Part shown: in pieces, positions 1-13,830 of the stretch
Layout of the letters: the number at the start of each line of letters is the position of its first letter
Numbering within the stretch: the stretch's first letter is position 1
Assembly (NCBI GenBank): GCA_001949185.1
Contig: BDGG01000007.1
Span: forward strand, 1,260,730 to 1,324,729
DNA: 64,000 nucleotides
Reading direction: 5' to 3'
Source of the DNA: Ramazzottius varieornatus
Taxonomy: Eukaryota > Animalia > Tardigrada
Position numbers and translations under genes: made by a program
The notes under the pieces: generated by a model
What the model was told of the DNA's origin: nothing
The model's database searches: none
The model's input: only the letters and a program-made list of their open reading frames with translations

Positions 1-1250
1 AATTTCTTCTCCACCCTACCACTTCCCGAAAGATGGTTCCTGTCGTGCTCGGCGTCAAGGCAAAGAGTCCAGTTACATTCTCTCAGGCGAACTTAAGTTT
101 TACTAATAGCTGTTCCGTTGTCGACGAATGAACAAAACTGAAGAATTTTTCCTGTCGGTTATTTTCTAGCTGTAAACTTCTTCCGCTTCTTTCAGCATTT
201 TGACGTTGTGGTTAGTTCACCTTTAATATTCTTATCAATCGTAAATACGGGTCTTATTTAGGTTGTGGTGGTGAACCGGAAGATATTATGGTAGCAGGCC
301 GTTGTGCTCTTGGTCCTTTTCTTTTTCAAGCTGGATTCTGACTTCTTTGGTGCATATAAGTGACCGGTTTTTGCTGTGCGACTTTCTATGTTACAAAGCA
401 GACTCACGAGCGTAAAAGTTATGATAATTGGGCAGTACTCGCAGTGACCACAGTATTTCTACCTTCAGTCTCACACCATAGTTGAGAACAGAGAACCGGT
501 TTTGGTGGAAGTCGAAACTTGACCAATAGATGAAATGCCATTGAAACTTTCACTACAACACTTGACAAGCGCGGCTTACCGAACAGTCATTCACAGTAGG
601 AAGCTGCAGAAGCATATGGATGCTCTCACGATCACCGCCATGCTGAGGATCGCTCTCGTATTTTCACGCTACGATTATTAGAAATCTGTCTGCGGTTTTT
701 ACGATGCTTAAACATACCTGTAACGCTTGAAGTTCTTTATTTGATGTACCACCGAATTTGTGTAAACCAGATCATTCTATACCTCGAATTTCCGGATCCC
801 GATCGTCATTGGATCGTGCTGATATTTGGGCTGCGGAGAGAAATAGCCCGGATACCAAAACATCCGTCTCTCTTCCCGACGTCTTTCCTGCGATATTTTT
901 CTGGCGATGTAACTCAAGACCTCCTAGAGAACTCCTGGTTTGTGAAACAGAAGCCGAAGTGAAGCCGACTTCCGCTTGTGACGCCATTCGGGTGAGCTAC
1001 ACAACTGTTGCCGCAGTGCGATAGAAACAGTGGTGGTGACGTCAGAGACCCAATTGGATAATGACGTAGCCCGACTGGATTTGACTGCTCGCATCATAAA
1101 GCTTATGAGCCACTATCCGGAATTTTCAGTTTGTTTTGATCTTCATTCCTCATGTTCTTTCTTTTCCGCAGTGTCCGTTGCTGATAGTCCTCGTGGAAAT
1201 GCCTGTTTCCAGGATGATATAGCTGGATGAATCGAAAAGCCTGGAGCAAG

Positions 1251-2961
1251 ATGCATTTTTCCATCGCTGACACGGAGGAGTTGTTGGACGCGTTTGGATC
1301 AACCTACATCTCCTATCGTTTATGCTGCAACGGGACATATCACGGATCTGCGCGTTATCGAGAATTCTTCGATCTCCACGAGACACTTCGAAAAGACTAT
1401 CACACTCTACCATGTTTTCCTCCCAAGAAGCTGTTCAACCTGACGGCTGTGGAGCTATCTGGTCGACGCACAGCTCTAGAGAAGTACATGCAGAATCTCG
1501 GCCAGTCGTCAGAACTGCTCAACACTGCTGCTCTGCAAGACTTCTTACAAAGAATCCAGCTACGGTCCTGTGACAAACTTCAGCCAGGCACACACAACGT
1601 CTTTCTCCTCAATGGCAACTGCATCGAAGTCAAAGTGGATCCGAAAATTCCAGCGTCCGAACTTCTTGAAATGGTGGGAAGTTCGCATGTTGCCACAATC
1701 AATCAAATCAACTCGCCCAACTTTATTTGATTGGTTTACATGGATGGTTTACAAGTTTTGTTTGGTCTTGATTGGTTTACAAGTTTTCAGTTTCAGCCGG
1801 TGGTCTTGTGGTTACCAATTTTAACCGCTGTCAAACAAATCAAAGTCCATCTGAATAGAGATCAGGCATCATATTGGTCGTAAAACGCCATCGCGGTGCC
1901 TGATTTTTGTTTTGTCCGTTTCATCAGTGTTGTAATCTTGCATTCCCGTTTTGCAGGTTTGCCATGAAATCAAACTTCCTTCCGAGCTTACGCACTACTT
2001 TGCTCTCTTCCTTGCCAAGGAAGAGAACAAGCGCTACACCCTTTTCAAGCGTTTCTTCTCTTTCGAGCTGCCCTTCGTCGTCTGTTCGCTGAATTCCAAC
2101 GGCTCTTCTAGCCTGCGCATCATCCTGCGGAAAGGCTACTGGGACTCTTCTTTCGACGCTCAGGTAAACTCATTCTCAAATTCTATTTTTTATCAAGCTC
2201 AAACCTACGTAATATAAACTGATGAACCAAACAGATCCACGAAAAAAAGTAGATTTAACTTGGGTTTTTCTTCGCAGATGTTAGAATCGCGGGTTGGGAC
2301 CAACCTCCTCTTCGTCGAAACCGTCGACGCCATCAACCGCGGCTGGATCCTTCCTTCCCCTGAGCAGAAGTCCCACCTCGAGAACCTTCAGTCCAAAGGC
2401 AGTCGGAAAGAGTTAGTTCAAGTCGCTCAAACCGTTCGCGGCTATGGCACGCTTCACTTCGCCACCTGCACCATCGACTATCCTTCCTCTTCCACCACCA
2501 CAAAGCCCTACATAACAGCCAAAGATCTCATCTGTCCATTGAAGTCCGAAGGCAGTCAGAAGCAAGAAGCAGTCTTCAGGGTAGTTCGCATGCGTTGTTG
2601 GCGCTTGTGCGTCTCGGAAACGTACAAAACTGCCCGACCACCCGAAGCTCTCAATCAACCCCGTCAATCAATCATGTTTGAGTATCTGTTAGGCAGAGAC
2701 AAGTTACAATGGGTGACGATCCATTCTGAGGAAGCTATATGGATTAGCTCGTGTCTGCAGAGTATAGTTGAAGAGTTGATGTTGATCAAGAAGGGCCAGA
2801 AGATCGATGGGAAACCTTTCATGACTGATGAGAAGAAACTGAGTCGATCGAGGAGCAACTCCAGCACAACTTCCGAGTCGCTGCAAGTTTCGGTGACCAT
2901 TACCAGGAACCATATCAATGGAAACTCTGCCTTCGAGGAAATCCGCGATGAAGATTTATAA
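1251..2961 (+). CDS. SNX17: Sorting nexin-17 (PX + FERM-like); exons 1251-1673, 1957-2163, 2278-2961
   Basis: N-terminus MHFSIADT..YISY..RYREF..LHE.LRK..LPCFPPKKLF.LT..E...RR..LEKYMQ matches the SNX17 PX domain. FERM-like motifs FELPFV, LRKGYWD, RMRCWRL, FEYLLGRDKLQWVTI and C-terminus FEEIRDEDL are also present. GT-AG introns 1674-1956 and 2164-2277 are both phase 0. Confidence 0.95.
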
Positions 2962-4659
2962 TAAGAAGGTTCTCTTTCTTGTCCTAAGATTCTTACCCTG
3001 GTTTTTATAGCCACATTTGTGCTCACCTGAAGTATTTTTCCTCTCTCCGTTAATCTCTCTGGTTGTTTTCTTTATCTGCCTGCTCTGTTTTTTATCCCCA
3101 GAATCTCCAGTACGTTTTTTTGATACGTCCTACGAAGAATATTCTGTATGCATTTTTTATCGTACGTTCCTTCTTGGTGCATTTTCTGGCTGTCGCTGAG
3201 TCTGCCGTCTTCTAGCAAATGTTTTGGTGTTAGCCTATTTTAGTCCGTCAAATGTCGATCCCTGTTATAGAGATTCCACGGTAAAGTTTCCCTGCGACAA
3301 AAGGACTGGGACGTTGACGAATGAAGTCAGCGTAATTGTTATCTCAAGCGGCGCACGCTAGCAGCGTTATCGGCCGAAAGCGTGCCGGACCAAAAGAACG
3401 ATCTTGGCAAGTCTACCAAGCGGCGCACGTTTACGGTGTTTTTGCCTGAAGGTATGCACCACTTGAGGAGGTTCGCTACCAAGCTCGATGTTTATTGAGT
3501 GGTAGACATGGTCATTGATTTCGGCTGAAAAGTGCGCCACTTCGGGAAAACCCGCATGTTCGAATCATTTAATTACGTTCTATTTGTAAAAGCCACTTCC
3601 CAGTACAGTTTACAGCATAGCCCACAAAGAGTTGTCAACATTATGGACACCATTCCGATCCACCTCCTCACCTCGCAGAAGAGCAATCAAGGTGCAAATA
3701 TTCGACACATGCGAAAGCTCGTGCAACTACCGACTTTTTGCCGAAATATTCCTCGATGGAGATATTGTTCGGTAATGTACGAATGGCTTTCCAGCGAGCT
3801 CTGTTGTTCCTCCCGCTATTTATGTCAAGAAGGGCGCGGTGACCTTTCCGCGACACCGAGGCTTCTTCTAGTGATACCTGCACGATTTACTTTGCGGCAG
3901 TGTCAGTGGAAGGTTTGACTGTTGCACAGGGAGAATGAGCTGCGAAATCTTCAAACCTCTTCTCAAAGTTCCCGTAATTCCATTCATGTGCAGTCAGATA
4001 GAAACGCCGTCGTGGTTGAATTAATGTGCATGATGTGAATGCTGGCAGGGCGGTGTTCGGCGCACTGGCCATTCCGCGGGTAATCAAACCACTTTTGTAT
4101 ATGTTTCGACGAGGACGCCACCGATACCGACAGTGTAGGAGTCCGTGTGCTTGTTGCAGCTGCTTAGATAATCCTGCCGAAAACGGCGCACCTGCAAACC
4201 TCAGTGTTATTAGCCCGAAGTCTTGGACACAGCGTAAACTTCCGTCTGACGCTACACGGCTACGGATGCGCTTCAGTTTGTCGCCCTTCAGTAATACTTT
4301 GTTGTGCCGGACTGGAAATATTTGCAGCAATATTAACGGCCCAGTTAGCTTAGGCTGGATGTATCGATAGTGCGCCGCCATTTTTCGACGACCTAGGTTT
4401 CATCATGGAAGCTTGGACGGACCAATTTTCGACTCCATGAGACAGTCGGTCGACGTTTTCAGCAGTGCAGCAGTTCGAGTGATGTCTGCCGCTCGATTGG
4501 TCAAAGGGCTCAATGTGGGCAATATTCGGAGTGCTGAGTATTCAGAGAAACACAAAAAGTCCAGAAACTGATGCGAGAGCCCTGACGAAAACCATCAGAT
4601 GAGCATAGACAGAACGCTTTACGTGAGATTCCAGTCGCGAAATTCTCTTCCGCTGCTCG

Positions 4660-5480
4660 AAGACCGGTGTCCGTCTCGGTAAACGTTCTTCGATAAGATC
4701 GTCAAAGCCATCGCAATCGCCATCGCAATCGCCATCGCAATCGCCATCGCAAAAGGTGGGCCTGATACTGCTCAAACGTTGCTCGAACGAAGGATAACCT
4801 TCGAGTGACATCATCCAGATGTTAAACACGAAATGCTTGACAGAGGACTTCGGGTTGGTCATGCACCAAAGATAACCTTGTTAGTGTATTGCTTTCTTCT
4901 AGGCATGGATTGGCTAACTTTACTAATCGATAGCACCGGAAATCTCTTCGGAGGAACCGTGAAGTCTCTCTACGGATATTGAGCGCGCTAAGCGTCAAAA
5001 ATTCTAGAGGATAAACAGCGGCCCGCTGCGAAGAGTAGATTTCACTTCAGAATTCAAGCAACGACAATCCAAGCGGGATCTGGAACCTAGATCAATCGGA
5101 ATTTGGTTTCGCGTAGCTGCACGACGGAGTGTACGCGGAGGAATGCGTGAAGGAATCGGTGGGCTACGTGAAAGGCCCAGAGAGTGACCAAGAGAGAATT
5201 TCACTTCTGGCTATGGAGAACGCACCCGGGTAAGATGCTTCGCCCGTTGATTCTGTACAAAGAAACGATGCTCATCGAGTCGCAATTTCGAGACATTCAG
5301 GATGCTTCCTACGTTGGCACTAATTCTTCGGGGGTGATGGACACTGAGATTCTAACGAATTCCTCGAGAAAGAATTTTTGTCGTCCATCACTTGTCCTAA
5401 GGTAATCCTTGTACGCGTTTCGGCGATGATACTCCTGCTTCACGAACCTGCCATCTTTTTCCGATTGTGTGGCACTAAGC
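4660..5480 (+). mobile_element. Degenerate pogo/Tigger-like (DDE_1) transposase relic, copy A, with a (GCCATC/GCAATC)n microsatellite at ~4707-4752
   Basis: Broken frames encode GKMLRPLILYKE and TNSSGVMDTEILT, resembling DDE_1 motifs. Colinear nucleotide similarity to 60690-61480. Boundaries approximate. Confidence 0.65.
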
Positions 5481-8400
5481 TCGATTTTTGCAGAACCCAT
5501 TCAATTGCGACGGTAATTCTTCTCATCCGAGTTATACCACCTTTCTCGTGGCCTATGTCGAGCATGAAAAGAAGATTAGGGTGGTGGTTCTTCCATCTGG
5601 CCGACAGCTTTCTTACTGCCGCTATATAAGAAGGTTTTTGATGGCGTAAAGCAGATGTGCACAGCTAACTTCGCGATTCCAGGCTTGACGTCAAAATCGA
5701 TGTGTCACACTCGCGACTACGAGTGGAAGATCTTGTAAACATTGATGAATCTGAAAAACATTTCTTCCTGAGTTTTTAGGTTTCTCGTCATAGCTTCCTT
5801 GCGTACAGCGTCAAAATTTGGAAGCCAACTGTACAACGTACTCGTCCAGCCTAGGTAAGAACTTAACCGCCAAAATTACCCTTGAATATTTGGCTATTTG
5901 CGGTGAAGAACCAGCGAGGACTCGACAAGAATTCCTGCAGTGAGCTCGACGAACAGAGTCGACCGGATCGTTTTCCCAACTGGCGTGCGTTGTCGGTGTT
6001 GTTGGCTGAAAGCTTGCGCTACTTGGAAGAACCGCACTTGCAAGTTTGTTTGTCGAGATTCAAAGTATACTTGTCGTGCGCAGGTCATCCTTCTGAATGT
6101 TCTTCCTTTCAGGTACACCGCTAAAAGAAGGATGCCGAAAAACTGGAATTTTCCCATTTAACGCCGAGCTGCTCAGGTGCACAGTGAGTCCTCAATTATG
6201 AGACTCGGTAGGCTCAGTCATGACTTTGAAATTCCCTACGAAGTTGCTGTGCAGTGCTCCTCAGAACAGGAATGAGTAGTTTTGGAACGGCATGGTGAGT
6301 TCGGACCAGATTTCCGCTTCGCTACGCTATATTGTTGGAAAGCCATACCGGAACTGGGCACATCAAGAACTAGCCGGATCAAAGAGACAACGAGCTATAG
6401 CGGAGATAGCGGACTTTGAGCCAAAACTGCTGAGAGACTGGGTCTGCTATCGAAATTTATTATGTGAAATACGAGCCAGCAAACATTTTTGTCCCACTTG
6501 ATCTTGTTTGAAGCTTGAAATCTTCGATCATAATTTTGCAAATCAGTTTTGGCGGAAAATCAATGTTTATTTCTTGCACAAGCAAATTTTAGTACACGGG
6601 CGACGAGATATTATGAGCCAGTAAAATTGCGGGCCAGGCTCTTTCGCTACGGCGGCACGGGTAGGTGATCAAAGCGGTAGAGAAGCGGAGAGATCCAAAT
6701 CCAGTAACTGCTCATCCCTGCCTCAGAAGAAACGAAGGGCGAAAATTCCCGTTCGGATGTTTCCAATGGAAGAATCCTTACTGAGAGTACTTACATCAGT
6801 GCAACGAAAGCCGTAATAGAAAAGAATAAAGAGAAAGCCGAAGGCTTGGGAAACCGAAAGCGAAACATCGAGGGGGCGCGACAGCATTCTGCTGTTTGGC
6901 TGCACCATCCGAATCGTGTTACAGATTTGGGGCAGCCCACGAACTTTCGTAAGTTCCGTCTATAATTATTGTGTGAATTTTTGGTTGGACGGATATGTCG
7001 CTATCGGTAGGAAGTTCGATGCTACATAATGTAATACGACGCTGGGTTTTGCCAGTGTTGTCCCGATGAGCGGCGGGTAAGCTGTGCCCCCCCTCCCCTG
7101 GGGTCTTGAAATTCCTAGATGTAATTCCGAAAGAAAGAAACACGTCGCTGTCGAAGTAGACCTTCTCCGCAAGGGGCCAAGCCGGGACCTCGCGAGAAGG
7201 CCTATGTTCGACTGTCCCAGACTATGCTGACCGGAGGCAGTTCCATATGGCTCTGCTGACTACATCAATCGGAACGGTCATCGCAAGACTGGGCACGTAC
7301 AAGCAAACACGATAAAAGACTGAGTGACGGTTCCTACCGTAGTTGCGTAGTACACCAGCCGATGTTGTCACTTTCATAATATTTTGTTAGGGTGGTAATT
7401 TTCTTTGGTATCGGTATTTCTATATTGGATTAACCGATATTTTCAATAGTTGTCTACCTAGAGGATCGTCGGAAAACTGCACACACGATATTGATGTGGT
7501 TTATCATTTCTGCATATCGATAATCCTTACATTTGATATTTTTGTGTTACGACACGATATTTCGTGCAGTCAACGTCATTAATGGTTCCCAGTTACTCAA
7601 AGTGTCGGTTGATATCTTGCAGAAGAGATATTCCGGTATAGTACTAGAGCTGACACCCCTTCAGAAAAAGTTGTTTCGTAAACAATTTGACCTCGAAAGT
7701 GCCAGTTAGAAAAAACCAGCGACATATAGGCAACGTTCGGTCATTGTACAACAAAGCAAACAACTTTACTACGCCTTCATTATAACGCGAAATTACAGGC
7801 TGCTGCCATATGGTTGGAACGGACGTCCGGATGTCGTTCGTGCCACTTCTCCATTCGCGAGCTTGTCGGTAACTCTCTTGCAAGATCAACAAGCTGCCGT
7901 GGTCAGAACACCTTTACACGTAAGGGATACGCACGATGAGAAATTATGGGACGGGCGGAAAGGACGCCGAAATTCGATCGTAGAGGGAAGTCACAAAGTG
8001 TATAGCTATCCGGTGACTCGACACTTTACTGGCAAACCCTTCCGACACGTCTTAGTAGCCACTGGGTGCGCTATCACTCGAAGCGATCAAACTATCTGAT
8101 ACGGGTTTTTTCACGTCACGGAAGTCACTCCATCGAAGTTGGAGTTCGACTCCGACATCCACAGAAAGTAAACTGGACTTCGCCTGGATAGCCGGCGGTC
8201 TGAGTCTCGGTCCTCCAACCGCAAAAATTTTCTTCCGCGTTTTTCTTAGAGTCAACTTTAAGGTTCGATGTTATACCGATCAAGGCTTCGGGTACTTGGT
8301 GAAAGCTCCCAAGGAAGAAGAGCAGTGGATCACTAGTGTGGAGGCGGGGGGACTGGGCTACGACTGGTCCTTGCATGAGGTTCTTGGACGAAATCCTCCG

Positions 8401-9313
8401 TAAGTTCTTTTTTCGCCTTGCATGCTGCAAATGGCCTGGCTAGCCGGCCCCTGAGTTCCGTAGAGAGACATACCGATAACTGTATCAGCAACCGTTTGTT
8501 CCAAGTCCGCGCGGATAGCCAGCGCTGGTGTGAGTTTCCCCACTGACTCGGTCTTTCTTCTTGTAACGTGTACTAGGAAGTCGTTCGTATTACACGGGAA
8601 CGGTTCAACATTGAACTCCAAATGTCCCAGTACCAGGCCGAATGGGCCGTCGGATCCAACTCCTGGGTTATTGCGGCTGATCTTCACCACGCACCCGCTG
8701 TCGTGACGGAGTGGGTCCGAGCGCGTCAGCCGTCCACGGACCCGCGTTACATTTCTGTTTTGTAGCCGGTGGTTCCATAATTTAAATTATTATTCATCTC
8801 TTTTGAGATCTCGAGTGTTTTTCCATTGGTATACGATATTCTTTTTTTGTTCCTTCTTTTTGTTGAAGTTTCTTGCTTGTTGTTTTCTTGTTGTGGTTTG
8901 GTTCGTTCCTGGCATTTGCCGAATTATTTAATTTTTCGTTTCGCATGCGCGTCAACAAAATATCTTAATTATTGAAGAACGGCGCAGTAATATTGGGGTA
9001 TACCAGCAGAGCCTGCACCAGTGTTTGCGACTTAGGGTGGACAGGCGGCTTTGGCGAACCAACCGAAAGTAAAGTGCGCCACTTCAGCGGGACCGTTTCC
9101 ATGGGCCTGCCATATGGGCCCCATAGACTTGGCGTAGCCCGCAAACTTAACATAGGACTTCGCCAAATAGCATACAGGTTTCTTCTGAGATCGGCCTGGT
9201 TAACTTCATTAAGCCGAATTTTTACATGTACTTATTACTGATTACAACGTTAACACGCACTTTTTACGCGTCGGTTCGACTTGCGACGTCGGTTCCGCAC
9301 TTGCCGATACTTG

Positions 9314-9861
9314 CTTTGAACTACCGATGAGGTGGGACAGGTTTGGGTCCTACTCAGCGTAAAACAGCCCCCGGTCACGGTCTTTTTCGACTAATACTAG
9401 CAGCCGGAAACAACTGATCGCTTGTTTACAGTGGTTTCTGTGCCGATGGTCAGCAAGAGAACTTGACTTCTATCCGGCTGAGATAACGAGGTTTCCTTTG
9501 TCTCTTGCGCTTCTTCTTTTTTGCTCTGAAAATCTTGCTATAGCGATTGTGATGAAGCAGAATTATTCTTTTCTTGAGTCTGATGATAGCGAGATTGAAG
9601 ATGGAAATGGTTCTGATGATTCTGGCGAGTCTGATGAAGAGATGGACGACCAGTAAATTTGAATTTGTATATTATGTGTATGGTACACTCGAATAGAAAC
9701 CGAGGTTAGTCGGGTTTAGCTGTCGTGGCTTTCCGAGAACGGACTGTATACTGATAAATAAAAGCGAATTACAGCTAGTCCCACTATATTTGAACTTTGC
9801 CAAGCGGGAGTTTTACACCCACCGGGACCCAAATCTGTCTCACTTCATCGGTAGTTTAAAG
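9314..9861. mobile_element. MITE / non-autonomous TIR element (~550 bp), superfamily unclear
   Basis: Left end CTTTGAACTACCGATGAGGTGGGACAGGTTTGGGTCC; right end reverse complement CTTTAAACTACCGATGAAGTGAGACAGATTTGGGTCC. TA follows the right end. Confidence 0.7.
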
Positions 9862-11071
9862 TATCCGCTAAGAATCCGCCTCGGTTGCGACATTTCTTGC
9901 TTTAGCTACAGTCGACTACATCTAGTCCATCGTAGTTGCACGCCGAGGAATTCTGGGCCAGTAAAAAGTATGAGCCAGACAAAAACAACGGCAAAGTCAA
10001 GATTCAACGGTTGAGAATTCCTGTGGGTATGTCTACCCCACAGGAAGTCATGGTGCTGAACTTTTTCGAGCCATTTCCCAATACAATAAAATGTATTATA
10101 GCTAATTAAAGCAGCTTTGAAAGTTACGTGGAACGTGTGATAGCACGAATGGTCATGTCCCACATTGAATCTTTTAGCGTCGAAATGCCAGGTGGTAGCA
10201 AGTTGGCTTGGGCGGGGTGTATATGTCTGTGCGGGAAGGTCGTTCGTATCATGACGAAACAGGAGGTCAGTGCATCCGCCCACCGAACAGAGACGACTGA
10301 ATGTGTTTTGAAAGAGCGATAGATCATGTCCGTTGATAAGCTTGCTGCCTCTAGATTAGTCCTCCTCACGACGAGCTGTTTGTCGCAAACGGTTGATTTA
10401 AAATTTGAGTTTGCTTAATCAACGGAAATCAGTCGTGAGTGAGGCAAAATTGCGTTTTTCGAAAGTCTCGGAAACGAGACCGGAAATGCGCGAGTTTTGC
10501 AGGGTAGGTTTGTAGGCAAACTTTGCCTCCTGACTAAGTTGAAATTCATGGTTTTCCATCTGGCTAGTCTCTGTCTGTCGATATCCCCGACACTAATAGG
10601 TATCAAGAAGCCCATACGCGAAACGGTATAACGCAACGTGCAGCACTGTGCAGACAGAGATCAGCTGAGAAATGAAATTTTGAGTCAAGTGTGCAGAGAA
10701 TAATCCGTTTTCGCTTTCAAGAGGGATGCTTATCCTGAAAGCGAAACTTCGTAATCCACTTTCAAGATCAACGCAATCAACGGAGTTTTACGGCCTGTGG
10801 TGAGGACTAATGTTTTGTTTCGGCGAACTCAGAAATCGGCAGATGTGATTGTCACACTCTCCGACACTTTTGTTGGTCAACAGTCATCACTCAACGTTTG
10901 TAAACGATTGTCATACCGATTATTATTGGTATTTTGTCAGCTGGATTAGTCTTCTGGCCCGAATTTGTGGTCGATCGGAACTTACTGAACGTTAGTACAT
11001 AAGTGATGGAAAACATGACCATGGTATTGTGCATGTTTATTTGTAAAGTACGAACTGTTCACGAAGTAGGA

Positions 11072-11968
11072 ATGCATTTCCTTTCGTTCAGTGTCGTTCT
11101 TACGCTTACATGTGTGTACGGAAGCCGACCGGAAAACGATTTGCCGTTGGCACGAAAGATCCGCCAGACCTTCGGCAATACTGCAGGTCCAAATTTGGTT
11201 CAGGTTCTTTCCCGGCTACCCATTGGTAACACGCAGGAAATCAGCAGTTGTTTTCAGCTGAACGGTCAACTAGCTCCAGCCGAATCCCAATGTTCCTTCG
11301 TCCCGAATCTCTGGGATTCAGCAGGCAAAGTGGTCAGCTGTCGTTTGCTGTGTTCGGGAAACACAGACCAGTTTGCCGGAGTACTTCCGTCGCAAAGTTT
11401 GGCGAACATTCTGCCGGCCGATGCACTTTACCTGCAAAATGGGCAGTTCCAGATCTTGGGTCAAAATGATCTGAATATTTTCAGCGGAGTTGAGTCGTTT
11501 TTCCTCATACCAAATCCGACTACAACTAGTGGGTCCCCTCTGACTACGACAGCGACAACAAGTCCTGCTTTGGGATCCACGACCACTACTACAACAGTCG
11601 CCAACACCGTCACCGTTCCGCAACCAGCCGCCGTTCCGCAACGAGCCGTGGCGGTAGTTGAAAGCCAACTACAGGGTTGTTACAACAGCACTCCATCTGG
11701 ACCGGCAGCTGGTTGTACATTTAATCCAGACGGCTGTGCGTCCTGCTGCAGACCGGCCTCTTGTCAGTTCAGTCCGGATCTGAAGCAGTTGGCTGACTGC
11801 TTCGCCGACCCCCGTCAAGGTCTGAGTGACGGTGCATCTTTCGATAACGGCGGAACGGCATCCCCTCTCACTTGCACTCGTCTGCCCCGTCCCTTCCAAC
11901 CTGGTACCGTCCTTCCTGAGCAGGGGCTAGTTGTCATCGCGGGCCCACCTACTCCCACATCAAGATGA
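11072..11968 (+). CDS. Secreted Cys-rich/Thr-rich protein, family copy 1 (intact, single exon)
   Basis: Signal peptide MHFLSFSVVLTLTCVYG, then RKIR|Q, a 4-Cys domain, a Thr-rich linker and a Cys-rich C-terminal domain. Clear paralog of 54589-55455. Confidence 0.85.
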   Translation: MHFLSFSVVLTLTCVYGSRPENDLPLARKIRQTFGNTAGPNLVQVLSRLPIGNTQEISSCFQLNGQLAPAESQCSFVPNLWDSAGKVVSCRLLCSGNTDQFAGVLPSQSLANILPADALYLQNGQFQILGQNDLNIFSGVESFFLIPNPTTTSGSPLTTTATTSPALGSTTTTTTVANTVTVPQPAAVPQRAVAVVESQLQGCYNSTPSGPAAGCTFNPDGCASCCRPASCQFSPDLKQLADCFADPRQGLSDGASFDNGGTASPLTCTRLPRPFQPGTVLPEQGLVVIAGPPTPTSR

Positions 11969-12929
11969 ACTATTGCCATCTTTAGAAATATCCTGTCCGC
12001 ATTCCGCGTCTTTAGTTCGAGGTTGTTCATCTCGGCGGATATTCAATTGTTACAAAATATGAGGCACGTTTCGCAGCGTTGCGGTTGCTGCGTACGACAT
12101 TAAATTAAGCTGCCGTGTTAAACCATATCTCTTATAAAGAAGGCGCTTTCAAGCCATCTTGCACGAATAGCCAGAGTAATACTTTGGACAGCAGCCTTTC
12201 ACCTCCAATGGTAGTTACCGGTACAACAGACCAGCATGTTTAATTTGGCACTCTTCCCTTTATGATAATGTTTCTTACAAGTATATTGCGTTGCGGCTCC
12301 TTGGCCATATCAGAGAGTATGCGACTCGGCTTCGATGTCTATACAATGTCAGAAAATTCTGCCCTGCCAGAGAGCACGTGGTACATGCTACCATTGATTG
12401 TTGCATGAAGTCACGTGATCACCAGCAGGGAAGCATTCTTGATACTGTACTATCGTCACATCCGACTTTACAACAGCACATGCAGCGATTTGCGCGCTCC
12501 GTCCTCGACGTCAGATCACAAGTCACTAAACGCAGCCCTAGCGCGCGCATTGCGTGCAAATAGGCGCTGTGACGCAACACTGTATTGCAATTATTTATCG
12601 ACATCGACCACCTCGCGCCCCTAGACTTTTCGTTATCGGCACGGCTTCCCCCAGTGTGACCGTGTCGTTAAACGTTTATCAAGATCGTGAATGCACTAGA
12701 TTTTTGGAGTTGAAAAAAGATCGGTCCAGTGTCAACAAGAAATAATTAAGGTTGCCCGGTTTGTGCTGGTAGGTGACGCACTATACATCATATTCCCAAA
12801 TTCTGGCCAATCAATAAGGTGATGATTGGTGGAGTTTGGCACCGCCCACCGACCTTAAGCGGTTAAAATGAGACGAAGGTGAGTTTCCCACCTCGTCTTC
12901 TTAAAGCACGAAATCGCGTCGTGCCAATG

Positions 12930-13830
12930 TGTTGATAATTGTGTTGGTTGCATATCGTGCGTGCGAAGAAGTCGGGAAAAATGCAGTTGTGGAGCGACAA
13001 GCCTGCTGAATATCATATTCTGGGGGTGGCGACAACTCCAAGCCAACGTCAACCCAAGTTTTCCCTCAGTTCTTTAATGTCAACACCGAGTCAGCTGTGG
13101 GCTGTCTGGAGCTAACAGGGCATTTCTCCCGACAGATTTACACTGATACCATGCATTTTCAATCCTTATACGAGGAACTTGCTCAGCCGTAGTTTGGAAT
13201 ACTCGAGAAACTTCGTTCAGCTTTCTTTTCCTCCAACCTTCTTAAGTCCGGGTGGCTTTCGGCCGCCGCATTAGTCGTATCTGTTCAGTGGACAGTTGCG
13301 GGTCACGGACCATTTAAGCCTGGAAGTTTTCACTATCAACTCCTACTTCCTCTTCAGTGAACCTACCTCCACTACAAATACGAGCCCAGCCGCGACTAAA
13401 ACCGGGTTCGTCCTTGACCATAGTGCCAGCGACCACTACGACCGAAACCACAGTGGATGACAATCACCTCCGCGCGCCGGGTTCGCCCTCAACGGCATCT
13501 ATCATTAGTGCTTATGTATTGTGACCATAAACATTACCAGTATAACCACCGCATTCGTGCCCGCCGTTCTGGACTATGGGAGATGACGGAGAAGGTATTT
13601 AAATGCTTCCGGAGGAGTTGGCTTAGAGACGGCTGCTCTTACAACGTGCAAAACGACTGCTTACAGTGTTGCTACAAAAGGGATGCTATGGAAACAGGAC
13701 CGCACTGCAATCTGCGCCGAATGATCTCATCAGAGAATGCCCGAGCGAAAACGGCGTTCCGCATGGCGAAACCAGGCCGAGTGGGCGGTAACGATAATAC
13801 GAGAAGTAGTGACCGAATGTAAAGTGGTAC
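12930..13830 (+). pseudogene. Secreted Cys-rich/Thr-rich family copy 2, heavily degraded pseudogene
   Basis: Fragments across several frames: AVGCLELTG (~13094), SYLFSGQLRVTDHLSLEVFTINSYFLFSEPTSTT (from 13275; cf. YLLNGQFQISDQSGLDVLSGAESYFLFTSPTATS), DGCSYNVQNDCLQCC (from 13628) and PNDLIREC. Interrupted by stops and frameshifts. Ends approximate. Confidence 0.7.

Noticed and set aside
3500-4400. 164-aa and neighbouring minus-strand ORFs, plus coding-like fragments at 5640-6150
   Set aside because: No recognisable motif or consistent exon structure; they may be decayed coding sequence but I cannot support a call.
4542-4862. ORF with GDCD repeats (and GD repeats at 60482-60823)
   Set aside because: Translations of a hexamer microsatellite inside a transposon relic on the opposite strand.
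8050-8760. Possible LTR-retrotransposon gag/protease remnant on - strand
   Set aside because: Only a vague resemblance; no catalytic motif, paired LTR or TSD found.
11003-11071. Upstream extension of the 321-aa ORF
   Set aside because: The signal peptide and the alignment with the paralog point to the ATG at 11072.
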